This document shows positions 27,852 through 38,620 of a stretch of 64,000 nt of DNA, in pieces (the stretch's first letter is position 1; each line of letters opens with the position of its first letter). This DNA is from an uncultured Bacteroidales bacterium (GTDB lineage Bacteria > Bacteroidota > Bacteroidia > Bacteroidales > UBA932): contig ONOI01000003.1 of the NCBI GenBank assembly GCA_900319375.1, forward strand, positions 783 through 64,782, read 5' to 3'. The translations under genes and the position numbers were made by a program. The notes beneath the pieces are model-generated. The model worked only from the letters and a program-made list of their open reading frames with translations, was not told where the DNA came from and did not search any database.

Positions 27852-28574
27852 ATGAAACATATTCTCTTACTGTTTACGACACTGCTGACCCTCGCCGTTT
27901 CCTGCGCTCAGCAGACAGATTATTCTATGTATCTTACCGCCGAGGAGGTCCCCAATGCCGTATACTGGCTGCCGGCTCCTCCAGCCCCGGGTTCGACTCA
28001 GTTCGAGTATGACCTCTCGCAGTATGAGTGGGGAAAACAGCAGAGACTCGATTCCGCCAGGGCCAGAAAGGCTATAAATGAGGCGGTCTATGAGGTGGAC
28101 GATATGATCGCGCAGTTCTGCGGTGCATTCGGAATGGAAATCAGCGCGGAGAAGACTCCGGCTATACATAAGGTAGTCAAGCGGGCCGTTGAGACTATTC
28201 GCCTCAGCGCCACTAAACCTAAGGCAACATATATGCGCACTCGCCCATACGCATACTTTGACGAGCCAACCCTCGTCCCCGAGGAGGAGGAAGAACTCCG
28301 TACAAACGGCTCATACCCCTCCGGGCACACGGTGCGGGGATGGGGTATGGCAATGTTGTTATGTGAGATAAACCCTGCCGCTCAGGACGAGCTTTATAAA
28401 CTCGGTTATGAGTGGGGACAGAGCCGTGTAATAGCCGGTTATCACTGGCAGAGCGATGTAGACGCTTCGCGTATGCTCGCTGCGGCAACCTACGCACGCC
28501 TCCACACCGACCCGGATTTCCTGCGCGATATGCGTCAGGCTCGGCGTGAGTTCAGGCGGCTCGCCAACCGTTAG
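27852..28574 (+). CDS. Class A non-specific acid phosphatase (PAP2 family), exported
   Basis: K....R.RP, YPSGH and SRVIAGYHW.SD motifs; N-terminal signal LAVSC. Confidence 0.92.
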   Translation: MKHILLLFTTLLTLAVSCAQQTDYSMYLTAEEVPNAVYWLPAPPAPGSTQFEYDLSQYEWGKQQRLDSARARKAINEAVYEVDDMIAQFCGAFGMEISAEKTPAIHKVVKRAVETIRLSATKPKATYMRTRPYAYFDEPTLVPEEEEELRTNGSYPSGHTVRGWGMAMLLCEINPAAQDELYKLGYEWGQSRVIAGYHWQSDVDASRMLAAATYARLHTDPDFLRDMRQARREFRRLANR

Positions 28575-29671
28575 CTTTTAGCGCGCTTCTCTCCGAAGAT
28601 ACACCAGCGGATGAACGGTATGCGGTGGAGAACCTCGTAGAGCAGGGGAGAGAGAGCGAATACCGCTACCCCCAGAATCAGGTACATCGCTACCGGAGGC
28701 AGCTGGGTATACATCTTCATCATATATCCGAACGACGCGATAACAAGGTAGTGGACTATATAAAGTCCATAGCTGCTGCGTGTCATATATCCGGCAAACT
28801 TGCTGGTAGTATCGAACTTAGTCTTGAACCATCCCATCATGGCAAGGCAGGCAAGCCAGCCGTAAAGGCAATTTAGCGGGCTTCCGAGGTACTCGGGGCT
28901 GGTATTGTCCTGGCCGAAAGTAGTCACTATCAGCGCGATGCCGGCGGCGGCAGCGCAGATTACGAGCGGGAGCCAGACCTTGCCGACCTTCTCCTGAACT
29001 TCGTCGTGGGAGAAGACGAAATATCCCAGCAGGAAAGGAACCAGGTAGAACAGCGGCTTATACAGATTGATAAGGCCGTCTGGTGATTCGGGACGCGGGT
29101 TCTTGATCAGAGTCTGCTCTCCTGCCCAGAACAACACGCCAAGCAGGATGATGGTGACTGTTCCTGCCTTTCCACACCAATTCCAGAAGCGATCCTTGCG
29201 GTCAATCGCTCGGACTATAAGAAGGACTATACAGAGCAGCCAGAGAACCTGAATGAACCATAGCGGGCCAGTGCCGCTGATCGCACACATTATATACCTT
29301 CCAACAGCCGGCATTTCGCCGAAGACGCCCTCGCGGGCAGCAACTACGGTATTGAAGTAACCAACCATCCAGTGGAAGACGAAAAGACCGATAGTTCCGG
29401 GAACCAGCAGTTTTCTGGTGCGGGCGCGAAACCACTCCTTCGCCGTCTGCTTTTCGAGGGCATAGCGGGAGCTGATACCGGCAAGGATGAAGAGCAAAGG
29501 CATAAACCATGGGTAGAGGATATACATTACAACGTCCTGATACTGAGGGCCGTCTCCGAACCCACCTATACCGCCGAAAACGCCTTTATTGTTATAGAAA
29601 TAAATGACGTGGTAAAGAAGCACCAGGAGGACCGTAACCCAGCGCAGATTGTCAATCCAATGCTTTCTCAT
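28571..29671 (-). CDS. Acyltransferase-3 family membrane O-acyltransferase
   Basis: IDNLR, FMPLLFILAG, LWF, SYGLYIVH; multiple TM segments. Confidence 0.88.
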   Translation of the reverse strand: MRKHWIDNLRWVTVLLVLLYHVIYFYNNKGVFGGIGGFGDGPQYQDVVMYILYPWFMPLLFILAGISSRYALEKQTAKEWFRARTRKLLVPGTIGLFVFHWMVGYFNTVVAAREGVFGEMPAVGRYIMCAISGTGPLWFIQVLWLLCIVLLIVRAIDRKDRFWNWCGKAGTVTIILLGVLFWAGEQTLIKNPRPESPDGLINLYKPLFYLVPFLLGYFVFSHDEVQEKVGKVWLPLVICAAAAGIALIVTTFGQDNTSPEYLGSPLNCLYGWLACLAMMGWFKTKFDTTSKFAGYMTRSSYGLYIVHYLVIASFGYMMKMYTQLPPVAMYLILGVAVFALSPLLYEVLHRIPFIRWCIFGEKRAKS

Positions 29672-29877
29672 TTTGTAAGACCCTCCATAGTCTTATCAAT
29701 TGCAGCCTGGAAGATTTCTGTCTTCACTATAGCCATCCCTTTTTGATCCCCGAGAAGAAGCAGGGCATCGCCTGGTTTGATATCGTAGATTTTGCGGGCG
29801 TCTCGCGGAATCACGATCTGGCCCTTGTCTCCCACCTTCACTACGCCGAAGATGTATTTGCCGTCATTTTCCTGCAT
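29668..29877 (-). CDS. AbrB/MazE/SpoVT family DNA-binding protein
   Basis: Likely ATG at 29877 (69 aa); VKVGDKGQIVIP..AR....IKPGD. Confidence 0.88.
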   Translation of the reverse strand: MQENDGKYIFGVVKVGDKGQIVIPRDARKIYDIKPGDALLLLGDQKGMAIVKTEIFQAAIDKTMEGLTK

Positions 29878-29922
29878 TGTAAGAAAAGTTAGAAATTTCC
29901 CACAAATATAACAATATTTTAC

Positions 29923-29955
29923 AAAAAAATACCCGGCCCTTTCGAGCCAGGTATT
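29923..29955 (-). terminator. Intrinsic terminator after the DUF975 gene
   Basis: Minus strand reads AATACCTGGCTCGAAAGGGCCGGGTATTTTTTT: GC hairpin followed by a U-rich tail. Confidence 0.7.
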
Positions 29956-29977
29956 AATATCTGTGGAGAAGTAAATA

Positions 29978-30598
29978 CTAGTTGACCGTTCCTTCGAGGG
30001 GTTGACTAACCTGATCGGCCTTGAGGTCCTCGTAGAACTCACACTCAGCAAGCTGAATATAGGGGATGAGCCAGAGGTAACCGATTCCGAAGGTAAAGCA
30101 GCAGAGGAACGCCCAGCCGATGAAGCTGAGGTTAAGGATGAAGAAATCCCATTTGTGTCCCATCATTATCTTCTCACTGTACTTGATAGCATCGTAGGCA
30201 GGCATATCCGGATTCTCCTCGAGGATGAAGGGGGTCATTGCATATGCATAGGCCTTGATAATACCGGGAATGATGAGAAGCAGGCTCCAAAGAGCGACAA
30301 ACAGCGTCACAAGGAACATTCCAAGTACTTTGTGGAGATAATTTTTGTCGAAAGCCCTTTTGAACATACCTTCGATAAGGCCGGTGTTTGTCTGATCGCG
30401 GTCATATGCGAGGAAGCAATTGATAAGAGCCACCTCGATAGGCGCAAGAAGGAATATCTGCACCAGACCTGCGGCGAAAGTAGTTGCGGCAGTAGCTGCG
30501 GTGACAGCGAAATATACAAGTACAGAAAGAACCAGCGGAGTCCAGTTGACTCTGCATTTGGCAAGCGCGGTGGCTTTTAACTCAGATCTTGTTCTCAT
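29978..30598 (-). CDS. DUF975 family membrane protein
   Basis: SELKA.A, LWSLLLIIPGIIKAYAY.M..FIL.ENP, S..IM.GHKW.FF.L.LSFIGW, YLWL.PY. Confidence 0.88.
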   Translation of the reverse strand: MRTRSELKATALAKCRVNWTPLVLSVLVYFAVTAATAATTFAAGLVQIFLLAPIEVALINCFLAYDRDQTNTGLIEGMFKRAFDKNYLHKVLGMFLVTLFVALWSLLLIIPGIIKAYAYAMTPFILEENPDMPAYDAIKYSEKIMMGHKWDFFILNLSFIGWAFLCCFTFGIGYLWLIPYIQLAECEFYEDLKADQVSQPLEGTVN

Positions 30599-30623
30599 AA
30601 AAGTGTCGTTTTATTAGTCAAAT

Positions 30624-31808
30624 TTACTCATAAATCAGATATTTCGCCCTTTTTGGGAGGAAATTCTTAACATCTTCCTCCCAGCGGGCTTCGATTTCCT
30701 CAGCAGTAGCCCCTTCCTCTATCATAGAGCGCACATAGTCCACTCCAATCAGTTTTTCAAAGAAACTGCCGTTCCAGAATTTTTCTCCGCTTGGAGCCAT
30801 CCTTTTATACGCATCAACTATGTAGCTGAGATCTACGCCGTTAGCTCTTATTACCTCCTGCGGGATTTCCCTGAGATCCACCCCCTTGCACTCGCGGTCC
30901 CTCAGGGGCGGATTCTTCGCTCCCGGGACGCTGATGGGCGTGAAGGCGAAGCCGGTCTCGTCCATGGACGGGTGGCCGTAGACTTCAAATGGGAAATCGG
31001 TCCCACGGCCGAGCGAGAGGGTAGTTCCTTCGAACAGGCAGGTCGAAGGGTAGAGGTAGACGGCCTGCATATCCTTCAGGTTCGGAGACGGGGCGACCGG
31101 GAGTTCGTATAGGGTTTCATGGGTATAGTTGAGGCAGGGGATGACGATCAGGCTACACTTTAGCCCGCCGTCCAGCCAGCCTTCGCCCACTATCATCCGG
31201 GCGAGTTCGCCGAGCGTCATGCCGTGCATCACCGGGATAGGCAGGGCGCCGACCCCGGACTTGTGTTTCATATCGAGGATTGGGCCGTCGACCATGAAGC
31301 CGTTGGGATTCGGGCGGTCGAGGATGATAACCTGCTTGCCCGCGGCGGCGCAGACGTTCATCATCCGCATCATCGTGATATAGTAGGTGTAGAAGCGCGT
31401 CCCGACGTCCTGGATATCGACCATGAGCACGTCGAAGGCCTCCGGATCCGGCTTCGCCCCCGCGCCGTAGAGCGAGATGACCGGCACCCCGGTCTTCGGG
31501 TCGGTCGTGCTGCCTACCTTTTCGCCCGCGTCCGCCGTCCCGCGGAATCCATGCTCGGGCGACAGGACCATCTCGACGTCTACTTTGTGGGCCAGCAGGA
31601 CGTCCAGGATATGCGGGCTGTCCGCCTTGGTCCCGGCCAGACCCGTATGGTTGGTGAGCAGCGCCACCCTCTGTCCCTCGATCAGCGGCAGGTACAGTTC
31701 CGTCTGTTCATCGCCCATCACGACCCGCTCTTTTGTCCCCGCCACGCCGCAGGAGTAGAGGCAAAAGAGGATGAGCGAGATAATCGTAATCGCTGTAATA
31801 CGCTTCAT
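30624..31808 (-). CDS. namZ: Exo-beta-N-acetylmuramidase NamZ (DUF1343) family lipoprotein
   Basis: Lipobox LYSC; LLTNHTG, SPEHGFRG, DIQDVGTRFYTY, LDRPNP, HGMTLGELA, PSPNL, EGT.LS.GRGT. Confidence 0.9.
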   Translation of the reverse strand: MKRITAITIISLILFCLYSCGVAGTKERVVMGDEQTELYLPLIEGQRVALLTNHTGLAGTKADSPHILDVLLAHKVDVEMVLSPEHGFRGTADAGEKVGSTTDPKTGVPVISLYGAGAKPDPEAFDVLMVDIQDVGTRFYTYYITMMRMMNVCAAAGKQVIILDRPNPNGFMVDGPILDMKHKSGVGALPIPVMHGMTLGELARMIVGEGWLDGGLKCSLIVIPCLNYTHETLYELPVAPSPNLKDMQAVYLYPSTCLFEGTTLSLGRGTDFPFEVYGHPSMDETGFAFTPISVPGAKNPPLRDRECKGVDLREIPQEVIRANGVDLSYIVDAYKRMAPSGEKFWNGSFFEKLIGVDYVRSMIEEGATAEEIEARWEEDVKNFLPKRAKYLIYE

Positions 31809-31813
31809 ATATT

Positions 31814-31821
31814 CAAAGATA
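31814..31821 (-). promoter_or_regulatory. -7 element (TATCTTTG) for namZ
   Basis: Exact match on the minus strand, 5 nt before the ATG. Confidence 0.55.
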
Positions 31822-31862
31822 GTGAATTCAATATTATTGGAGGGAAGAAAACCGCAAAAAAT

Positions 31863-31893
31863 TTTGCAGATGAAAAAAATAGGTGTATATTTG
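31863..31893 (+). promoter_or_regulatory. -33/-7 promoter for tRNA-Asp
   Basis: TTTG (31863-31866), 19-nt spacer, TATATTTG (31886-31893). Confidence 0.75.
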
Positions 31894-31922
31894 CATCCGC
31901 TTCAGACGAAGCTACTATCGTT

Positions 31923-31996
31923 GGTGCGGTAGTTCAGCTGGTTAGAATGCCGGCCTGTCACGCCGGAGGTCGAGGGTTCGAGTCCCTTCCGCACCG
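31923..31996 (+). tRNA. tRNA-Asp (GTC)
   Basis: GGTGCGG/CCGCACC acceptor stem, D-arm AGTTCAGCTGGTTAGAAT, anticodon loop CTGTCAC, T-loop GTTCGAG; 3' CCA not encoded. Confidence 0.97.
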
Positions 31997-31997
31997 C

Positions 31998-32038
31998 AAA
32001 CAAGGAGACCATTCCATCAGGGATGGTCTCCTTGTTTT
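31998..32038. terminator. Bidirectional intrinsic terminator between tRNA-Asp and atpG
   Basis: AAACAAGGAGACCAT...ATGGTCTCCTTGTTT inverted repeat with A/T tails. Confidence 0.8.
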
Positions 32039-32081
32039 AGTTACCGGTGCTTCGAACCCTCGACCTCCCGTCCCCCGATAA

Positions 32082-32948
32082 TTATTCCTGCTGGCCGCCG
32101 GCGAGGTCGAGGATTTCGGCGGTGATCTTGGCCTGGCGGCCCTTGTTGTACTCGAGGGTGAGTTCTTCGAGAAGTTCGTTGCCGTTGTCTGTTGCGGTTT
32201 GCATAGCTACGGTACGGGCGGCATGTTCGGCTGCGGCGCTGTCTAGCAGCAGAGAATAGATGCGCAGCCTCAGAGTCTTGGGAAGTAATTCGGAGTAAAG
32301 TTCGCGAAGGCCAGGCTCAATCAGGTAATCGGCAAGGAGATCATCAACTGAACGCGACTGCTCAGAAGACTGGACTTCGAAAGGTAAATATGTTTCTACT
32401 AAAGGCTTCTGAGAAGCGGTAGAAACAAGATGATTCCAGACAAGGATGACTTTCGAGAAGCGTCCCGACTTATAACCGTCTACCAACTCGTCAGCCAGAG
32501 CTGCCGCTTCAGAATAAGACGGGTGGGCAGAGAGTTCGGTGTAGTCGCGAACGGACTTCAAGCCAGTCTTGGCAAAAGAGTCGGCGATCTTTCGTCCGAT
32601 AGCGAAAAGGACGACGCCGTCGGCTCCGATTTCGTCGACAACGGAGCGCGCCTTCTTTATGACATTATTATTGAAGCCTCCGCAGAGAGAAGAGTTCGAG
32701 CTCAGGGCGACAACTGCGAGGCGAGGCTTGGGTGAATCTTCAGTCAGAACCGGCTGGGGGAGGGAACCTCCGCTGACCGAAATTGCCTCAAGTATTGCGG
32801 CAAGCTCACGCTCGTAGGCCGCGCAGTTCTCCGCGGCCTGCTGCGCCTTGCGCAGCTTCGCCGAGGCGACGAGCTTCATCGCCGAAGTAATCTTGAGAGT
32901 ACTTCGGACGGAAGCGATGCGGGCCTTGGTTTCCTTGAGCGTTGCCAT
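32082..32948 (-). CDS. atpG: ATP synthase F1 gamma subunit
   Basis: KITSAMKLVASAKL, SLCGGFN, EHAARTVAMQTATDN, YNKGRQAKIT.EI. Confidence 0.97.
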   Translation of the reverse strand: MATLKETKARIASVRSTLKITSAMKLVASAKLRKAQQAAENCAAYERELAAILEAISVSGGSLPQPVLTEDSPKPRLAVVALSSNSSLCGGFNNNVIKKARSVVDEIGADGVVLFAIGRKIADSFAKTGLKSVRDYTELSAHPSYSEAAALADELVDGYKSGRFSKVILVWNHLVSTASQKPLVETYLPFEVQSSEQSRSVDDLLADYLIEPGLRELYSELLPKTLRLRIYSLLLDSAAAEHAARTVAMQTATDNGNELLEELTLEYNKGRQAKITAEILDLAGGQQE

Positions 32949-32956
32949 TAGATAAA

Positions 32957-34543
32957 CTATTCAGTCAGGCTCTTGCAGACGAGAGCTGCGGTTTTTTCGA
33001 TAGCCTTAATATCTTCAGGTGTGATGTTTCCGGCTGCGAGCGATTCCAAAACGTCGGCATGATCCGCCCTCATCTTGGTAAGGAACAGATCCTTGAATTC
33101 ATGGACCTGGTCAAGGCTTATAGGAGCCATCAGAGCGTGGGTTCCGCAGTAGAGGATAGCTACCTGTTCGCCGACCGGCATCGGAGCGTGTTTGGGCTGG
33201 ATCAGCAGGCGGGTATTCTTGCGTCCCTTGTCGAGAGCCATCTCGGTAATCTTGTCGACATCCGAAGAGAACTTCGAAAAGGCTTCGAGTTCGTTGTACT
33301 GAGCCTGCTCGATCTTCAAGGTACCGGCGACCTTCTTCATGGACTTAACCTGGGCTGCGCCGCCGACACGGGAAACGGAGATACCTACATTAATAGCCGG
33401 ACGCTGGCCCTGGTTGAAGAGACCCGGCTCGAGGTAGATCTGGCCGTCGGTAATGGAGATGACGTTAGTAGGGATGTAGGCCGAGACATCGCCGGCCTGG
33501 GTCTCGATCATAGGGAGAGCGGTCAGAGAACCGCCGGCCTTGACTCGGCCTCTCAGCGACTCCGGCAGGTCGTTCATCTGCTCTGCAACCTCCTGCTGCT
33601 CAATGATTTTCGCAGCGCGCTCCAGAAGACGGGAGTGGAGGTAGAAGACATCGCCCGGGTAAGCCTCGCGGCCGGAGGGGCGGCGAAGAATAAGCGAAAC
33701 CTCACGGTAGGCCACAGCCTGTTTCGAGAGGTCGTCGTAGACTACAAGGGCGTGGCGGCCGGTGTCGCGGAAGTACTCGCCGATTGCGGCGCCCGCGAAC
33801 GGGGCGAAGTACTGGACGGCGGCAGCATCCGCGGCAGTCGCCGCCACGACTATCGTATAGTCCATGGCCCCCTTCGAACGGAGGGTCTCGACAAGATTGG
33901 CGATAGTCGAGCCTTTCTGGCCCACGGCAACGTAGATGCAATAAACCGGGTCGCCCTTAAGGTAGTTCTCCCGCTGGTTGATAATCGTGTCGATAGGGAT
34001 GGCGGTCTTACCGGTCTGGCGGTCGCCGATGATAAGCTCGCGCTGGCCACGGCCGATCGGAATCATGGCGTCGATGGCCATGATGCCGGTCTGAAGCGGC
34101 TGGGTGACGGGCTGGCGGTAGATAACGCCCGGGGCCTTGCGCTCGAGGGGCATCTCGAAGAGCTCGCCGCCTATCTCGCCCAGGCCGTCGAGCGGGTTTC
34201 CGAGCGGGTCTACAACCCTGCCCAGCATCTTTTCGCCCACTCGAATCGAGGCGATGCGCCCCGTTCTGGAGACCTTCATTCCTTCAGCGATCTTATCCGT
34301 CTGGCCGAGCAGGATCGCGCCGACATTGTCCTCTTCGAGGTTCATCGCCACCGCCATCTCTCCGCTCTCAAACTCGAGCAGTTCGCCGGCCTCGCACGAC
34401 GCAAGACCATGGATACGGACTACACCGTCGCTGACCTGCAGGACGAAACCGACCTCCTCCCACTGCAGGGAAGTGTCTATGTTTTGTAGCTGCCGGAGCA
34501 GAACATCGGATATTTCGCTGGGTTTAATGTTGTTTTGTGACAT
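32957..34543 (-). CDS. atpA: ATP synthase F1 alpha subunit
   Basis: GRGQRELIIGDRQTGKT, PSGREAYPGDVFYLHSRLLERA, GISVSRVGG. Confidence 0.98.
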   Translation of the reverse strand: MSQNNIKPSEISDVLLRQLQNIDTSLQWEEVGFVLQVSDGVVRIHGLASCEAGELLEFESGEMAVAMNLEEDNVGAILLGQTDKIAEGMKVSRTGRIASIRVGEKMLGRVVDPLGNPLDGLGEIGGELFEMPLERKAPGVIYRQPVTQPLQTGIMAIDAMIPIGRGQRELIIGDRQTGKTAIPIDTIINQRENYLKGDPVYCIYVAVGQKGSTIANLVETLRSKGAMDYTIVVAATAADAAAVQYFAPFAGAAIGEYFRDTGRHALVVYDDLSKQAVAYREVSLILRRPSGREAYPGDVFYLHSRLLERAAKIIEQQEVAEQMNDLPESLRGRVKAGGSLTALPMIETQAGDVSAYIPTNVISITDGQIYLEPGLFNQGQRPAINVGISVSRVGGAAQVKSMKKVAGTLKIEQAQYNELEAFSKFSSDVDKITEMALDKGRKNTRLLIQPKHAPMPVGEQVAILYCGTHALMAPISLDQVHEFKDLFLTKMRADHADVLESLAAGNITPEDIKAIEKTAALVCKSLTE

Positions 34544-34546
34544 TGA

Positions 34547-35023
34547 CTACACGATTCGTTTGTTAAGTTCATCAAGCTTGCGGCGGATTTTGTCCAGTTG
34601 GCTCTTTGCGCTGGCATTGAGCTGCCTGTCGTCTACCTCAAGCACAAATCCCCCTATGAGGTCGGGGTCTACCTTTGATGTGAAGAGTATCGTTCCGCCT
34701 ATGGTTGAGGCGAGAGTCTGCCGGAGTTTTTCTTCAAGGCCGGGGGAAGGGGAAGCCATCGTTAGGCGGACTTCCACTATCCCGTTTTCTTTTCGGTACA
34801 GGTCGACAAAACTGCGGAGGATGAACTTCACGTACGGTAAACGTCCGTTGCGAAGAAGGAGTTGGACAAGTTTTTCGATGTCTTCCTCCAGCTTCGCCGG
34901 CTTACGGTCCGGATGCTCGAGCAGCGCAAGGGCCTGGGCGTAGTCACGCTCGCCCCTGCCGGACTCCCGCGAGAGTTCCAGCAGCGCTTTTGCGTAACGC
35001 TTCGAGATAGCTCCGGTGTTCAT
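34547..35023 (-). CDS. atpH: ATP synthase F1 delta subunit
   Basis: ISKRYAKAL, VDPDLIGGF, position in the operon. Confidence 0.9.
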   Translation of the reverse strand: MNTGAISKRYAKALLELSRESGRGERDYAQALALLEHPDRKPAKLEEDIEKLVQLLLRNGRLPYVKFILRSFVDLYRKENGIVEVRLTMASPSPGLEEKLRQTLASTIGGTILFTSKVDPDLIGGFVLEVDDRQLNASAKSQLDKIRRKLDELNKRIV

Positions 35024-35029
35024 CAGCCG

Positions 35030-35536
35030 TTAACTTTTGTCTTGTGTTCTCTGTACTTCTTCGATAAGCCTGTCGAGGTAAGCATCCTGCTTCTTGTCTT
35101 CGCCCAGATCGGTCCTGAGAACCTTCTCGGCTACTTCTACCGACATATTCGCTACTACGCGGCGAATATCCCTGAGCGCAGATTCTTTCTCCGCTGCGAT
35201 GTCTGTCCGAGCTTGCTGCAGGATCTTTGCGGCTTCCTCCTTAGCCTCGTCCCGGGCTTTCGCCACTATCGAGTCCGAGGTCGCGGAAGCCTCGCGAAGG
35301 ATCCTGGCCTGCTCGGCCTGGGCATCGGAGATGATCTTCTGCCCGCGGGCGGTGAGTTCTGCAATTGCTTTGTCGGCCTCTTCGGCTTTTCTCAGGCTCT
35401 CGTCAATACGGTCCGATCTCTTCTCTACCATTCCTGTGATGACAGGGAAACCGAACTTAGCGAGGATGAAGAACACCACCGCAAAGATCAGGGTCATCCA
35501 GAACAGCAGACCGAAATCTGGAGTAATGAGAGACAT
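35030..35536 (-). CDS. atpF: ATP synthase F0 b subunit
   Basis: LITPDFGLLFWM N-terminal TM followed by a coiled coil. Confidence 0.95.
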   Translation of the reverse strand: MSLITPDFGLLFWMTLIFAVVFFILAKFGFPVITGMVEKRSDRIDESLRKAEEADKAIAELTARGQKIISDAQAEQARILREASATSDSIVAKARDEAKEEAAKILQQARTDIAAEKESALRDIRRVVANMSVEVAEKVLRTDLGEDKKQDAYLDRLIEEVQRTQDKS

Positions 35537-35537
35537 A

Positions 35538-35792
35538 TTACCTTAAGATACCGAGCAGACAGACGAGGATTGCGAACAGACAGGCACCTTCTACGAGGGC
35601 GCCGATGATGATGGCGAGCAGCTGGAACTTGCTCGTGTACTCGGGCTGACGGGCGCCGGCCTCAAGGGCGGACTTACCGATCTTTCCGATACCGATAGCT
35701 GCGGCGAATGCGGCTACACCTGCGCCGAGGGCCGCTGCGGCTTTTCCTAATGCAGCACCTGCGGCTGCCTGGAGGATAACTGTAAGTAACAT
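35538..35792 (-). CDS. atpE: ATP synthase F0 c subunit
   Basis: Helical hairpin with G.G.G.G, ARQPE loop, ALVEG carboxylate. Confidence 0.95.
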   Translation of the reverse strand: MLLTVILQAAAGAALGKAAAALGAGVAAFAAAIGIGKIGKSALEAGARQPEYTSKFQLLAIIIGALVEGACLFAILVCLLGILR

Positions 35793-35795
35793 AAG

Positions 35796-36815
35796 CTATG
35801 AATTTGAATGTTGTCTAGATAATCCGATAAATACGCTGGAAAGCATCGTGAACACATAGGCCTGGATAAAGGCCACCAGCAGTTCGAGGATGTCCATGAA
35901 GATTCCGAACAGGACGGAGATAACGCTGAGGCCGGCGTTGAGCCCGACTCCCATCTTCGCCGTAAGGAAGATAACAGCGATAACACCCAGCAGCATAAAG
36001 TGGCCCGCGAGGATATTCGCAAAGAGCCTTACCATCAAGCTGAAGGGCTTGGTAAACATACCTATTATTTCAATAAGAGGCATCAGCGGGAGAGGGACCT
36101 TAAGCCAGGTAGGAACGTCCGGCCAGAGGATGTCCTTCCAGTAGTGTTTGTTTCCGAACAGGTTTACTGCGATGAAGGTACAGACGGCAAGAGTCATCGT
36201 GATGGCTATATTGCCTGTAATATTGGCTCCTCCGGGGAAGAACGGGACTATACCCATCAGGTTGTTTATGAAGATAAAGAAGAAAGCCGTCAGCAGGTAA
36301 GGGGAGTACCGGCGGTAGTCCGGCCCTATACACTCTTTGATGACGTCGTTCTCTATCATCATTACGAGCATCTCCATAAGACCCGTAAAGCCGCGCGGGG
36401 CCTGCTTCAGGGCGTCGTGGCGCCTGTACCAGCGTGCCGTCAGAAGAACGATCAGGACGAGAATAAGGGAGTTGACCATCAGCCCGAGGACATTCTTGGT
36501 GATCGAAATATCCAGCGGCCTTACCGGATCTCCGGAAGGCTGGAGTTCGACCAGTTTCCCGTTTTCGCCCAGGACGAAGCCCTCGTACTCTTCTCCTTCC
36601 TCGATATGTTTCGAGCTGAAGACGTGCCATCCGGTAGTCTTGCTGCGCACGATAATCGGGAGGTGGATCGAGACCGGCTCGCCCTTGATGGTTGTTATGT
36701 GCCAGCCGTACGAATCGCCTACATGGCCGAAGAGGTATTCGTCCATGTCGAGGTCCTGCCCCCACGCAAACAGCGGAAGCAGAAGCGCGATCAGTATGCC
36801 GGCTATCTTTTTCAT
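35796..36815 (-). CDS. atpB: ATP synthase F0 a subunit
   Basis: Likely ATG at 36815 (ATGA overlap with atpC); KPFSLMVRLFAN, LVAFIQAYVF. Confidence 0.96.
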   Translation of the reverse strand: MKKIAGILIALLLPLFAWGQDLDMDEYLFGHVGDSYGWHITTIKGEPVSIHLPIIVRSKTTGWHVFSSKHIEEGEEYEGFVLGENGKLVELQPSGDPVRPLDISITKNVLGLMVNSLILVLIVLLTARWYRRHDALKQAPRGFTGLMEMLVMMIENDVIKECIGPDYRRYSPYLLTAFFFIFINNLMGIVPFFPGGANITGNIAITMTLAVCTFIAVNLFGNKHYWKDILWPDVPTWLKVPLPLMPLIEIIGMFTKPFSLMVRLFANILAGHFMLLGVIAVIFLTAKMGVGLNAGLSVISVLFGIFMDILELLVAFIQAYVFTMLSSVFIGLSRQHSNS

Positions 36816-37053
36816 GATTCTACACAAACGGTCATCTCTCCGCGGCCGGTCCGGACAAAGCCGGACGAAATGCCGAAGACTTTCATCTCTCCGCCCTCAA
36901 GGCGCAGCTTGACCTCGCCCTTATCCAGCGATGAGATGATAGGGGCATGGTCCTGAAGCACCTCGAACTCGCCTAGCGTGCCGGGCAGGAACACCGCCTG
37001 GGCTTCGCCGTTGAAGAGTTCGGCTTCGGGAGAGATTATTCTTACTTTTATCA

Positions 37054-37054
<1 letters not shown>
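36812..37054 (-). CDS. atpC: ATP synthase F1 epsilon subunit (short, N-terminal domain only)
   Basis: 80 aa; LPG..GEFEVL.DHAPIIS.L. Confidence 0.93.
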
Positions 37055-38592
<1,538 letters not shown>

Positions 38593-38620
38593 TCACATAA
38601 AGATAATGAAAATAATTGAG

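Noticed and set aside
27852-28574. Acid phosphatase as part of the PUL, giving a nucleic-acid utilization locus together with the 5'-nucleotidase
   Set aside because: It has its own canonical -33/-7 promoter, and the PUL enzymes are GH16-fold with no nuclease. The link is positional only.
29668-29877. AbrB/MazE gene as a toxin-antitoxin antitoxin
   Set aside because: Its coupled partner is a multi-TM acyltransferase; no PIN, MazF or Doc toxin is adjacent.
31923-32081. tRNA-Asp as an integration site for a genomic island
   Set aside because: Followed directly by a terminator and atpG; I saw no integrase and no duplicated tRNA 3' end.
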